Part shown: in pieces, positions 15,760 through 24,754 of the stretch | How the letters are laid out: the number at the start of each line of letters is the position of its first letter | How positions within the stretch are numbered: position 1 is the stretch's first letter | DNA from: an uncultured Pseudomonadota bacterium | GTDB taxonomy: Bacteria > SAR324 > NAC60-12 | DNA length: 30,571 nt | NCBI GenBank assembly: GCA_913020725.1 | Contig: CAJWCD010000025.1 | Span: 1 to 30,571 of the forward strand | Direction of reading: 5' to 3' | The notes under the pieces: generated by a model | What the model saw: only the letters and a program-made list of their open reading frames with translations | Database searches by the model: none | What the model was told of the DNA's origin: nothing | Program-made: the position numbers and the translations under genes

Positions 15760-16599
15760 ATGAAACTCCAGAAATACCACGGACTCGGCAACGACTACCT
15801 TGTGCTGGATTCACGAGATCACCCGAATTTGCCCGCTTCTGAAACCATCCGCAGGATTTGTGACCGTCATCGCGGGGCTGGATCAGACGGAATCCTTTGG
15901 GGGGGAACTCCCAATGACCAAGGGCAGTTTCCGCTGCGCATCTTCAATCCAGATGGCAGTGAGGCGGAAAAAAGTGGAAACGGATTGCGCATCTTTGCCC
16001 GCTTCCTGTGGGACTGTAAAGCCGTCTCAGCTCAGCCGTTCCAGATCGAAACTCCCGGCGGCAGGGTCGAAGCTCAGGTGCAGGAGCAGGGTCGAATGGT
16101 GGTTGTTGAAATGGGAAAAGTGTCCTTCGACAGCACCCGGATTCCCGTTGTTGGAGAACCGAGGGAAGTTGTGGATGAGCCGATCACGGTCTTGGGTCAG
16201 GAACTGCGTTACACCGCCGCCACCATCGGCAATCCGCATTGCGTGGTGCAACACCCGGCGACTCCGGAGCAGGCGTGCGAGTGGGGAGAGGTGCTGGAAA
16301 ACGAACCACGGTTTCCCAACCGCACCAACGTCCAGTTCCTCGAAGTGCTGGATCGTAATGCCATCCGCATCCAAATCTGGGAGCGCGGCGCAGGCTACAC
16401 CCTCGCTTCCGGAAGCAGCAGTTGCGCCGCCGCCAGCGTGGCCCACCGCCTTGGTTGGTGCGACCCTGAAATCGCCGTTCACATGCCCGGAGGACGGATC
16501 GACATCACCATCCAAGCGGGCTATGCCATCCGAATGCGGGGGCCAGTGGCACGAGTTGGGGAGATTTCGCTGCATCCGGAGGTGTTCGCAGAAGAGTGA
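15760..16599 (+). CDS. dapF: Diaminopimelate epimerase family protein; both catalytic Cys replaced by Ser
   Basis: KYHGLGNDY, ICDRH.G.GSDG, IFNPDGSEAEKSGNGLR, GNPH, FPNRTNVQF, WERGAGYTLASGSS and PGG. Confidence 0.85.
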   Translation: MKLQKYHGLGNDYLVLDSRDHPNLPASETIRRICDRHRGAGSDGILWGGTPNDQGQFPLRIFNPDGSEAEKSGNGLRIFARFLWDCKAVSAQPFQIETPGGRVEAQVQEQGRMVVVEMGKVSFDSTRIPVVGEPREVVDEPITVLGQELRYTAATIGNPHCVVQHPATPEQACEWGEVLENEPRFPNRTNVQFLEVLDRNAIRIQIWERGAGYTLASGSSSCAAASVAHRLGWCDPEIAVHMPGGRIDITIQAGYAIRMRGPVARVGEISLHPEVFAEE

Positions 16600-16600
16600 G

Positions 16601-16720
16601 ATGGCTCTGCCCTTCCCTCTTGAATTCTCGAAGCATTTCAAGGACATGGGCAAAGGTTACCAGACCCATATCAATCAAGTCATCAAAGCCTATGTCAAGC
16701 ATCGCGTTTCATCGGCTTGA
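16601..16720 (+). pseudogene. C-terminal remnant of a BrnA-type (ribbon-helix-helix) antitoxin
   Basis: HFKDMGKGYQTHINQVIKAYV matches the BrnA-family pattern FK..G.GYQT.IN..L..Y. The N-terminal part and a toxin gene are absent. Confidence 0.6.
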
Positions 16721-16755
16721 TCCGTAGTGGTTCTGTTGTAAACAATGGGCTGATT

Positions 16756-16843
16756 CTGTCATTCCGGGCGGAGCGGAGCGGAGACCCAGAATCCAGAGGA
16801 CTTTCGGGCGCTTTCCGGATTCCCGTTTTCACGGGAATGACAG
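16756..16843. repeat. REP/dRS3-like palindromic element between convergent genes
   Basis: Termini CTGTCATTCC/GGAATGACAG, inner GAATCCAG/CCGGATTC, and an exact ATTCCC-N8-GGGAAT at 16819-16838. Confidence 0.8.
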
Positions 16844-16920
16844 GAGCGGGGGGTGGTATCGGGTATGGCCTGACGCCTTTGCCGAATCTACTCTGAATTG
16901 AGGTCCGGGCGTTTGGCAAT

Positions 16921-17802
16921 TCAACCAGCAAAGGCCGGAGAGGCAAATCCGGAGGCTTGGGTGGGGATCCGAAACAACGCTCCGGCGAGCGGGTGTTCCG
17001 CAAAATCGAGGCGGCGGGCCGCCGTGGTGATGTAGAGTGTACTGAGGTCCGAGCCGCCAAACGCGCAGCTTGTGACCTGCGGCACTGGCAGGGGAATCAC
17101 ACCTAATCGCTCTCCTTGGGGATTAAAGCAGGTGATGCGGCTTCCCCCCCAGTGGGCGAGCCAAACCCGCCCTGCGCAATCCACGGTGAGTCCATCTGGA
17201 AAACCTTCCTTTGCTTCAGTCAGTTTGACGAACAGCCGACGATTGGAGAGCATCCCGTCAGCCTGTTTGTCGAAGGCCCAGATGCTACGCGTGAAGGTGT
17301 CCACATGGTAGAGGGTGCGGTCGTCCGGACTGAGGGCGGGTCCGTTGGGACAGACATAAGGCCCGTCCCAGCGGGAGTGTGAGAGGTCCGGATCAATGCG
17401 GAACAAATGGCCCGTTTGCTCGGTTTCTGGATCGTGTGAACGTCCGGCCCAGATGCGTCCGTCGCGGTCGCACTTCGCGTCGTTGAAGCGGTTCTCCGGA
17501 TATTCCGGATCGGGCAGCAGGGCGAAGGTGTGCTGCTTGGTTTCCAAATCCAGAAAGTACATTCCGGATTTGCACCCCACCACGAAATCTGCACGGTTGT
17601 TCCGGGGTAGAATCCATCCCGTTTTCTCTGGCAGTTCCCAAGTGCGCCGCTCTGCGCTTGCCTCTCCCAGTCGATGCAGTTTTTGTCCGTCGATGTCGAG
17701 GAAGTAAAGCGACTGCTCAGATTCAATCCAGAGCGGCCCTTCTCCACAAAGGGCTTGGGCTTCCCAAACGCATTCCAGTTCTCCCACCAAAGCAAACGTC
17801 AT
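16921..17802 (-). CDS. SMP-30/gluconolactonase/LRE family protein
   Basis: GEGPLW, NRFNDAKCDRDGRIWAG, PNGPALSPD, GFPDGLTVD..G.VW, VTSCAFGG and LYITTA. ATG 17802 with AGGAGA RBS. Confidence 0.92.
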   Translation of the reverse strand: MTFALVGELECVWEAQALCGEGPLWIESEQSLYFLDIDGQKLHRLGEASAERRTWELPEKTGWILPRNNRADFVVGCKSGMYFLDLETKQHTFALLPDPEYPENRFNDAKCDRDGRIWAGRSHDPETEQTGHLFRIDPDLSHSRWDGPYVCPNGPALSPDDRTLYHVDTFTRSIWAFDKQADGMLSNRRLFVKLTEAKEGFPDGLTVDCAGRVWLAHWGGSRITCFNPQGERLGVIPLPVPQVTSCAFGGSDLSTLYITTAARRLDFAEHPLAGALFRIPTQASGFASPAFAG

Positions 17803-17861
17803 GGTCTCCTTGCAGAAATCTTGCTCATCGCCCCTGCTCAGGCTAGGCTTGCATAAGATAT

Positions 17862-17890
17862 ATTCTACCTGCAACGCCCGCGCAAGACAA
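17862..17890 (-). promoter_or_regulatory. Possible sigma70 promoter of the SMP-30 gene
   Basis: Minus strand TTGTCT, 17 bp, TAGAAT. Confidence 0.4.
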
Positions 17891-17930
17891 GCTGACGCTG
17901 CACTCACTCGCCCTCAACTGCTGACTCCTT

Positions 17931-18557
17931 GTGTCTGATCCTGTGCTGATTGGCTTGACCGGAGGGATCGCCTCTGGAAAAAGCACGGTGGCCCAATGGA
18001 TCGCGGCCACTGGGATTCCTACGATCAACGCGGACGAGTTGGGGCATCGGCTCTTGCGGACAGAGCATCCGGGGTTTGCCGAAGTGGTCGCGGCCTTTGG
18101 CAACGGGATTCTGGACGAAGCAGGGGAGATCGACCGCAAGCGTTTGGGAACCCTCGTTTTTTCAGATCCGGAAGCGCTTGAGCGGCTGAACGCGGTTTCT
18201 CATCCGTGGATTGGACGGATGGCAAACGAGGCTGCGGAAATCGCCGCCGAAACTCGGCAGGATCGGCTCGTGTTTCTGGAAGCCGCCTTGCTACTGGAAG
18301 CCAACTGGGCTGCGCTTTGCACAGAGGTCTGGGTGGTGCAAGCGAGCTTGGCGACTGTGATGGGCCGCTTGACCTCACAACGGGGTTTGACTGCCGAAGA
18401 CGCCCAGCAACGACTGGACAGCCAATGGCCTCCGGAACGCCGTCAGCCCTTTGCCGATGTGCTGATTGAGAATGAAAGCACCTTGGATGAAATGAAACAC
18501 CGAGTCGATCAAGAACTGGCCAAGCTCCTGAACCGCCACAGTCCTGACCGAGATTGA
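17931..18557 (+). CDS. coaE: Dephospho-CoA kinase
   Basis: IGLTGGIASGKSTV P-loop, GEIDRKRLG..VF, LN...HP, EAALLLE, R..SQW and ADVLIEN. Confidence 0.95.
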   Translation: MSDPVLIGLTGGIASGKSTVAQWIAATGIPTINADELGHRLLRTEHPGFAEVVAAFGNGILDEAGEIDRKRLGTLVFSDPEALERLNAVSHPWIGRMANEAAEIAAETRQDRLVFLEAALLLEANWAALCTEVWVVQASLATVMGRLTSQRGLTAEDAQQRLDSQWPPERRQPFADVLIENESTLDEMKHRVDQELAKLLNRHSPDRD

Positions 18558-18559
18558 AT

Positions 18560-19498
18560 ATGGCCCACCCGCTTTTCCTGATCGTGGACACCCGCAACCC
18601 TCGGACCTCGCTGTTCTGGCAGCGGCACGGGCTGCGCATCATGGAGCAGTTGGTTCCGGGAGAGTTTGTCAGCACGGCCCAAGGCGCGGCGCTGGAAACC
18701 GTGTACGCCCGCGCCGTCTGGGACGGCTGGCGCAGGATTGTGCTGATCGGCTCCCCCAAGAGCGTTAAAATCGGGTTTCAGGCGTTGATGGGAGTTGCTC
18801 CGGAAACTCGCGAGCGGTTGCAGGTGGGCTTCTGGCCTTTGAGTCGTGTAGAGTTCCTGCAATACCTCGTGCAACCGACGCAAGCACTCAGCGCGATCTT
18901 ACAAGTCTTCCGGGCCGCACACACAATTCCGGTGGATGTCATGCAGGTGCAGTACCTCACTCCGGAAATGAAAACCCATCACGCTTGGAGAGATTTCGTG
19001 GTGGACACGGCCCACCCCTCGGCGCTGACCACGACCTATGTGGACGAGCAGGATCGTCAGTACCCCGGACGAATGCGCTTCCGGATCAGCTTGCACGAGG
19101 AAGCGCTCAGTTCGCTCACGATGAACCCCAACCGTCTGGTGCGGAATCCAAAATTACAGGTTTACGGCAGAAAACTGATTTCAGCCCGTGACTTGCTGCG
19201 GAGTCTCAAGAAGTTCACGGGGAAAGACGGGACAGCCGAACGCTTGTTGGAATCCGGAAAGCAGGTGGAAATTCAGGGCAACTGGGCGAATTTGACACTG
19301 AACATCGAGGGGGCGCGGCTTCCGGTGCAGTCGGTCCACTTACAGGTGCAGAGCAAGGCATTCAAGCTCATCATTCCCGTGATGCCGATTCGATACAAGG
19401 AACCCCTGCGGGAGCGGATGCTGGCGTTTCCACCACGGGAAGTGGTGGCGACTTCAAGGCAACTCAGCCCCAAGTCACTCAGGAAGGACGATTTGTAG
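18560..19498 (+). CDS. Degenerate diacylglycerol-kinase-like (DAGK/YegS fold) protein lacking the GGDG motif
   Basis: Segment order LFLIVD, RIVLIGSPKSV (canonical GGDGT), VGFWPL (LGIIP), IPVDVMQV (RPIDV) and IEG..LPVQSVHLQVQSKAFKLII (DGE...I.V.P.AL.V) follows the DAGK layout. Starts just after the coaE stop. Confidence 0.55.
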   Translation: MAHPLFLIVDTRNPRTSLFWQRHGLRIMEQLVPGEFVSTAQGAALETVYARAVWDGWRRIVLIGSPKSVKIGFQALMGVAPETRERLQVGFWPLSRVEFLQYLVQPTQALSAILQVFRAAHTIPVDVMQVQYLTPEMKTHHAWRDFVVDTAHPSALTTTYVDEQDRQYPGRMRFRISLHEEALSSLTMNPNRLVRNPKLQVYGRKLISARDLLRSLKKFTGKDGTAERLLESGKQVEIQGNWANLTLNIEGARLPVQSVHLQVQSKAFKLIIPVMPIRYKEPLRERMLAFPPREVVATSRQLSPKSLRKDDL

Positions 19499-19503
19499 GA
19501 GGG

Positions 19504-19941
19504 TCAGGCGGGTTGCGGCGACTGGGCAGCGGCCGTTTCCAAGAGCTTGGGGCGAGTTTCCGGCATGATGCTCTTGACCTCGACCTTGCTGGCGGTCAGA
19601 CAACCACCCTCGATCACACCACCTTCGTGAATCACGAGGCAACCGGGCAGGTTGGTGAGGTCTCCTCGAATGAAGCCTTGCGGAAGCACCTCCATGCGCT
19701 CTGAAGCGTAGAGTTCACCCTCGACTTGTCCGTTGATTTTGATGGTCGCCGCACGGATGGTCGCCTTGACTCTGGCGGTGGGGCCGATCAGGACTTCGCT
19801 CTCGCAGTTGATGGTGCCCGTCACCTCACCATCGATCCAGATGGGGCGACGACCCCAGATTTTTCCGTCAATCTTCATGCTCCCGCCTATGTAGGTGGGG
19901 GCACTCTGTGAGACGGTCTCGTCTCGTTTTTTTCCAAACAC
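19504..19941 (-). CDS. Bactofilin (polymer-forming cytoskeletal protein, CcmA/DUF583)
   Basis: TYIG..MKIDGKI, IWIDGEVTGTI, VLIGPTARVKATI.A..IKINGQVEG and LVIHEGGVIEG. GTG start with AAGGAG RBS. Confidence 0.92.
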   Translation of the reverse strand: MFGKKRDETVSQSAPTYIGGSMKIDGKIWGRRPIWIDGEVTGTINCESEVLIGPTARVKATIRAATIKINGQVEGELYASERMEVLPQGFIRGDLTNLPGCLVIHEGGVIEGGCLTASKVEVKSIMPETRPKLLETAAAQSPQPA

Positions 19942-20003
19942 CAGCCGTTCTCCTTCGTGGATTCAGGGATTCCTCGTTCCCAACAACGCCTCAACTGGAT
20001 ATT

Positions 20004-20032
20004 AGCCTATGCATCTTGGTGAAGATGGGCAA
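20004..20032 (-). promoter_or_regulatory. Possible bactofilin promoter with a palindrome in its spacer
   Basis: Minus strand TTGCCC, 17 bp, TAGGCT. CATCTT-N4-AAGATG at 20012-20027. Confidence 0.35.
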
Positions 20033-20154
20033 GAGAAAATTTGCCCGCTGCTCTATTTCCCGGAGAAAAGGGCTTGTCCTTCAGCCGGAGAGTCAGTAAC
20101 GTCATCGCATGAATTGTCTCATCTTTCCTCCTGTAAAAAACCAGCTCTGGAGTC

Positions 20155-21594
20155 ATGGCTCAGAACATCACGCCTCGTAAAGAGAATTACCCGCAGTGGT
20201 ACCTTGACGTCATCGCTGCCGGCCAACTCGCGGATTACGCGCCGGTCAAGGGCTGCATGGTCATCCGCCCCACCGGATTCGCGATCTGGGAGGCGATGCA
20301 GGCCCGCTTGGACCGGATGTTCAAGGAAACCGGCCACACGAACGCCTACTTCCCTCTGCTCATCCCTCAGCATTTTTTTGCAAAAGAAGCCGAACACGTC
20401 GAGGGCTTCAGTCCGGAATGCGCTGTGGTGACGCATGGGGGGGGCAAGCAGTTGGAGGAACCCTTGGTCGTGCGGCCCACTTCGGAAACCATCATTGGTC
20501 ACATGTACTCGAAGTGGATCAACAGCTACCGCGACCTTCCGGTGCTGATCAACCAGTGGTGCAACGTGATCCGCTGGGAGATGCGGACCCGCTTGTTTTT
20601 GCGCACCTCCGAGTTTCTTTGGCAGGAAGGACACACCGCGCATGAAACCTACGAGGAGGCTCAGGAGGAGACGCTGCGGATGCTGGAGATTTACCGGAAG
20701 TTTCAGGAAGAGTATCTGGCGATTCCGGTGATCACGGGGCAAAAGTCGGCAGGTGAAAAATTCCCGGGAGCGCTGGTGACCTACTCCATTGAGGCGATGA
20801 TGCAGGACGGCAAGGCGCTACAAGCTGGAACCTCGCACAACCTCGGACAGAATTTTGCAAAAGCCTTCGACATCACCTACCTCGATCGCAACAACCAGCA
20901 GGTTCCGGTCTGGACCACCAGTTGGGGGGTCTCCACCCGCATGATCGGCGGCTTGATCATGACCCACAGTGATGACGACGGACTCGTTTTGCCACCGAAA
21001 ATCGCTCCGGTGCAGGTCGTGATCATACCGATCATCACTAGCGACGAAAACAAGGCGCAACTTCTGGAGGTTGCCGAAAATCTCCGGAGTGAATTGTCCA
21101 GCACGCTCGATCCCCTGCAAATCAAGGTGGACGACCGTGACAACTTGCGTCCGGCAGAAAAATTTTTCCACTGGATTCAGCAAGGCGTGCCGGTTCGGGT
21201 GGAAATCGGCCCAAAGGACTTGCAGAAAAACGCAGCAATGGTCGCACGACGAGACCTCCGGGACAAACAATCCGTGCCCTTTGCAGGGGTTGCGGACCAT
21301 GTGATCCAACTGCTCGACACTATCCAGTCGGACATGCTGGAACGCGCCCGGAACTACCGGGACGAGCAAACCCGGACGGCAAAATCTTACGATGAGTTCA
21401 AGCAAATCCTAGCATCCTCTGGGGGCTTTATTTTGGCGCACTGGAACGGCAGTGCCGAGGTAGAGGATCAGATCAAAACCGAGACCAAGGCAACGATCCG
21501 CTGCATTCCTTTCGCGGACAATCCGGAACCGGGCACTTGCATCGTTTCCGGAGAACCCTCCACGCAGGAAGTCCTCTTTGGCATCGCCTACTAA
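20155..21594 (+). CDS. proS: Proline--tRNA ligase (archaeal/eukaryotic-type, no INS editing domain)
   Basis: [79 protein letters not shown] and C-terminal Tyr. Confidence 0.97.
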   Translation: MAQNITPRKENYPQWYLDVIAAGQLADYAPVKGCMVIRPTGFAIWEAMQARLDRMFKETGHTNAYFPLLIPQHFFAKEAEHVEGFSPECAVVTHGGGKQLEEPLVVRPTSETIIGHMYSKWINSYRDLPVLINQWCNVIRWEMRTRLFLRTSEFLWQEGHTAHETYEEAQEETLRMLEIYRKFQEEYLAIPVITGQKSAGEKFPGALVTYSIEAMMQDGKALQAGTSHNLGQNFAKAFDITYLDRNNQQVPVWTTSWGVSTRMIGGLIMTHSDDDGLVLPPKIAPVQVVIIPIITSDENKAQLLEVAENLRSELSSTLDPLQIKVDDRDNLRPAEKFFHWIQQGVPVRVEIGPKDLQKNAAMVARRDLRDKQSVPFAGVADHVIQLLDTIQSDMLERARNYRDEQTRTAKSYDEFKQILASSGGFILAHWNGSAEVEDQIKTETKATIRCIPFADNPEPGTCIVSGEPSTQEVLFGIAY

Positions 21595-21624
21595 TCCTCT
21601 CACAACCCGACCGCAGGGGCACGA

Positions 21625-22860
21625 ATGACCGAACATGTGCTTGTTTCCAACGTCAGCGACGCCTCCTTTGCGATTGGCGTGGCTTATGCGCGTTCGCAGT
21701 CGATCGACATCTCCGACCTGATCGCTCTCAAGTCCTTCGTCAACACCGAGTTCTGTCCACGCTTCTTGCTGGATGACAACACCACCGAAGAAAATCTTGG
21801 CTACGGGTTGACGGGCAAGTCGGTGTACATCCTCTCGACCCATTCCCAGCACCACTCGCGCAACGAGTTGGCGATGCGGAACTGCCTGATCGCCTCTGCC
21901 GCCAAAGAAAACGGCGCCGAGTTTGTTGCGCTGGTGGAGCCGGACCTGTTTTTCTCCGCGCAAGATCGTGGCCCACGCACCACAAACCATCCTCAGGCTG
22001 TGGATTTCAGTTCCCGGGAAAAATTTGTGGGGCAGCCCTGTTCGGCGGAACTTTATGCGAATATGCTCAAAACGGCAGGCGTGGATTTGGTGATGACTGT
22101 CCACAACCACAAGCCCGAGATCATGAGCCGGATTTATGAGGAGACCTTCTCGGACATTCCTAACTCTCGAAACCTGCCGCGCTTCATCAATTTGGACATG
22201 GCTCCACTGATCGCCAACTACATCCTGCGTTCCGGACTCGTGCGGCTCTGGAACTACGGCGCGCATGTCGGCTTTGTTGCTCCCGACGAGGGTGCGGCTG
22301 AATTCGTCGAGCAGGTCCGCCAGCACACGGGGCTGCACAATTCCGTGGTCGTGACCTTTCGGAAGAAACGTTTGGGGCAGCGTGAGGTGGAACTGGACTT
22401 GAACGCAGAGATCGAGCTGCTCAAGAATCGGGATATTTTTGTGCTGGACGACATGGTCCGCACCGGCGGGACGATTGCCGCCAACATCAACGCTCTTGCC
22501 GAAAGCGAACACTGCCGACCCGCTAATATTTACTTCTACTGCACTCACACCACCATTTCCCCGGAAGCCCGCGAGAACCTGAACTCGCCCTACCTCAACC
22601 AGTTCATCACCACCAACACCATTCCCAGTGTGCTGAACCGAGATGACCAAGGACGTCTGCGCAAAAAAACCGTCGTCCTCAAGATCGAGAAGTGGATTGG
22701 CAATGCGATCGTGCAGTGCTTGATTGACGGGAATCTTCCGGAAGACATTTACGATGAAAACTCGGTTGCACAAGCCGATGGCTTCTATGAGGTCGATATT
22801 TCTTCCAAGAATCCCCTGCACTCCCCCTCCAACATGCTTCAGTACGAATTGACCATCTGA
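21625..22860 (+). CDS. prs: Ribose-phosphate pyrophosphokinase family protein, divergent
   Basis: F.N.E, PDLFFSAQDR (canonical PY..YARQDR), ANML..AGVD.VMTVHNH (DLH), VAPDEG, KKR, PRPP-binding motif VLDDMVRTGGT, CTH and TTNTI. Confidence 0.75.
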   Translation: MTEHVLVSNVSDASFAIGVAYARSQSIDISDLIALKSFVNTEFCPRFLLDDNTTEENLGYGLTGKSVYILSTHSQHHSRNELAMRNCLIASAAKENGAEFVALVEPDLFFSAQDRGPRTTNHPQAVDFSSREKFVGQPCSAELYANMLKTAGVDLVMTVHNHKPEIMSRIYEETFSDIPNSRNLPRFINLDMAPLIANYILRSGLVRLWNYGAHVGFVAPDEGAAEFVEQVRQHTGLHNSVVVTFRKKRLGQREVELDLNAEIELLKNRDIFVLDDMVRTGGTIAANINALAESEHCRPANIYFYCTHTTISPEARENLNSPYLNQFITTNTIPSVLNRDDQGRLRKKTVVLKIEKWIGNAIVQCLIDGNLPEDIYDENSVAQADGFYEVDISSKNPLHSPSNMLQYELTI

Positions 22861-22863
22861 CCC

Positions 22864-24258
22864 ATGAAAAGTGAAATCAACCGTATCCTGATCATCGGCA
22901 TTGGGGGGGTCGGGTTGCACCTTGCGCGACGGCTGGATCATGAGGGTTATGAGGTGACGGTGCTGGAGGCCAATGCGGAATTGTTGAAGCACGTCGTGGA
23001 GACCTCCGAGTTTTCCGTGGTGCATGGCAACGCGATGAACCTCTCAAGTTGGGAGGAAGTGGGAGCCTCTGGAATGGACCTGCTGATCACTGCAACCAAC
23101 GATGATGCGGTGAACATGCTGGCTTGTGTTGTTGCGGAACGTCTGGGCATCCAGCGGCGTATTGCCCGCTTACGGACGATGGATTTCGACAATTTGAACT
23201 CCGAGGAATCCCGCAGTTTTCACATTGACCTCGTGGTGCATCCGGAGGAATTGATCGCCCAGGAGATCCAGCGGCTTGTGCGGCGGTCTTCGGGAAACGA
23301 CATGGTGGACGTCGGCAATGGCAACATGCGGGTTTTAGGACTGCGAGTGACCGAGGACTCCCCGCTGGTGGGCATGACGCCACGCGAGTTATCGAAGCGC
23401 TACACTGAAACGTATTTCCGGGTGGTGGCTCTCGCACGAGGCATCACAACCATCATTCCGCAAGCGGATGAAAGCATTTTTGCTGCTGATCAGGTTTTCA
23501 TCATGGCACTGACCCAGAACATGGATCGTCTCATGCAGGAAATCGGAGTGGAGCAGGGTCGGGTGCGGCGCATGGCGATTTTGGGTGGCGGATTGATCGG
23601 TCAACGGGCCGCACAATTGTTGGAGGACGAAGTGGAGGTGCGGTTGATCGAACGGGATGCCGCACGTGCAGAAGAACTTGCGGGCCTGATGAAACGTGCC
23701 GAGGTGATGCACAGTGATGGCACCAACCTGGATGACCTCATTCAATGCGGCATTCCGGATTTGGATTCTTTTGTTGCCACCACCGGTGACAACGAAACCA
23801 ACATCATCAGTTGCCTGCTCGCCAAGCACCTCATGAACCGCGAAAACCGTGAAGTGGGAGGGCGTGCCGGTAAAACGATTGCGCTGGTGGACAACGAGGA
23901 TTATCTCGTTCTCTCCTCGACCATCGGTTTGGACATTGCGCTCAACGCGAAAATCTCCACCGCAAACGAAATTCTGAAGTTTGTCCGCAGAAACGAGCTA
24001 GTCTCGGTTGCCCACCTCCATGGGGTGGATGCAGAAGTGGTCGAGTTTCAGGCCGCACCCAACTCTCCCATCACCAAAAAAACGCTCGGCGGGCAAGCCT
24101 CTTTCTTTAGGGAATACGGAATCCTCATCGGCGGTGTCGAACACGAAGGTCGCTGGGAGGTCGCGGTGGGCACCACCCGGGTGCTTCCCGAAAGTCGGGT
24201 GATCGCCATTTGCTCCTCAAGGCAACTCCGGAATGTACGCCGCTTGTTTTCGATTTAA
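22864..24258 (+). CDS. trkA: Trk system potassium uptake NAD-binding protein TrkA
   Basis: Two RCK_N/RCK_C pairs: IIGIGGVG, AT.DD.VN.LAC, ILGGGLIG and TGDNETNIISCL.AK. 464 aa. Confidence 0.93.
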   Translation: MKSEINRILIIGIGGVGLHLARRLDHEGYEVTVLEANAELLKHVVETSEFSVVHGNAMNLSSWEEVGASGMDLLITATNDDAVNMLACVVAERLGIQRRIARLRTMDFDNLNSEESRSFHIDLVVHPEELIAQEIQRLVRRSSGNDMVDVGNGNMRVLGLRVTEDSPLVGMTPRELSKRYTETYFRVVALARGITTIIPQADESIFAADQVFIMALTQNMDRLMQEIGVEQGRVRRMAILGGGLIGQRAAQLLEDEVEVRLIERDAARAEELAGLMKRAEVMHSDGTNLDDLIQCGIPDLDSFVATTGDNETNIISCLLAKHLMNRENREVGGRAGKTIALVDNEDYLVLSSTIGLDIALNAKISTANEILKFVRRNELVSVAHLHGVDAEVVEFQAAPNSPITKKTLGGQASFFREYGILIGGVEHEGRWEVAVGTTRVLPESRVIAICSSRQLRNVRRLFSI

Positions 24259-24571
24259 CCGTCACTTGTTGCTCATGCTCGCAGGTTTGGCGGCGTTTGC
24301 CTGTACCCCGGCCCCCCGGGCCTACACCTACCCCTCCAAAGTTCAGCAGGAACTCTCCAGAGTTTGTCAGCGTGTCACGCTTAGGCATGCCAAGCAGTTC
24401 CTAGTGGAGGATGGGAAAATCTATCCGATCCTCCGCTCTGGAGATCGCCTCAGCCACCTTGAGGAAGAATTCACGAATTTGGCCGATCGCGCTTATTTAT
24501 GCGGCCCGGTACTCGATAGAAACCTTCCTTGTCCGGCTGGACGCAAGTACAAAGGCAATGAATGCCGTTAA
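24233..24571 (+). CDS. Small putative lipoprotein, Cys-containing
   Basis: Basic n-region, hydrophobic stretch and LAAFAC lipobox-like Cys. Overlaps the trkA end; alternative ATG at 24275. Confidence 0.6.
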   Translation: MYAACFRFNRHLLLMLAGLAAFACTPAPRAYTYPSKVQQELSRVCQRVTLRHAKQFLVEDGKIYPILRSGDRLSHLEEEFTNLADRAYLCGPVLDRNLPCPAGRKYKGNECR

Positions 24572-24629
24572 TGAATAAGGATATAATTAATCTAAAAAAT
24601 AAAAAACGCATGAAATCGGCAAAAGAATG

Positions 24630-24657
24630 TTGACACCATAAAGAAAAACCATATACT
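24630..24657 (+). promoter_or_regulatory. Sigma70 promoter for ftsA-ftsZ
   Basis: TTGACA (24630-24635), 16 bp, TATACT (24652-24657), with an A-rich upstream tract at 24590-24626. Confidence 0.65.
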
Positions 24658-24754
24658 AATTCTGAAGCCCGGAAGCTAGTTGACAGGGAAGTTGATGGCG
24701 TTTACCGGGTACGGAATTCAACCACTCCCCCTAATCTGCAACTTTGAGGCATGG

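Noticed and set aside
15800..16600. 306-aa overlapping ORF 15800..16720 as a real gene
   Set aside because: It is an alternative frame of the dapF-like gene; only the last 39 codons show a recognisable (BrnA-like) pattern.
20155..21594. Archaeal/eukaryotic-type ProRS as a novelty
   Set aside because: This ProRS type is well known in many bacterial phyla.
21409..23025. 538-aa antisense ORF (also 4434..5459, 11822..12823, 12904..13878, 1997..2797, 26184..27017)
   Set aside because: These are shadow ORFs opposite well-supported genes, expected from GC-rich codon usage, and have no motifs.
22864..24258. trkA without adjacent trkH
   Set aside because: Unlinked trkA and trkH is common, e.g. in E. 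coli.
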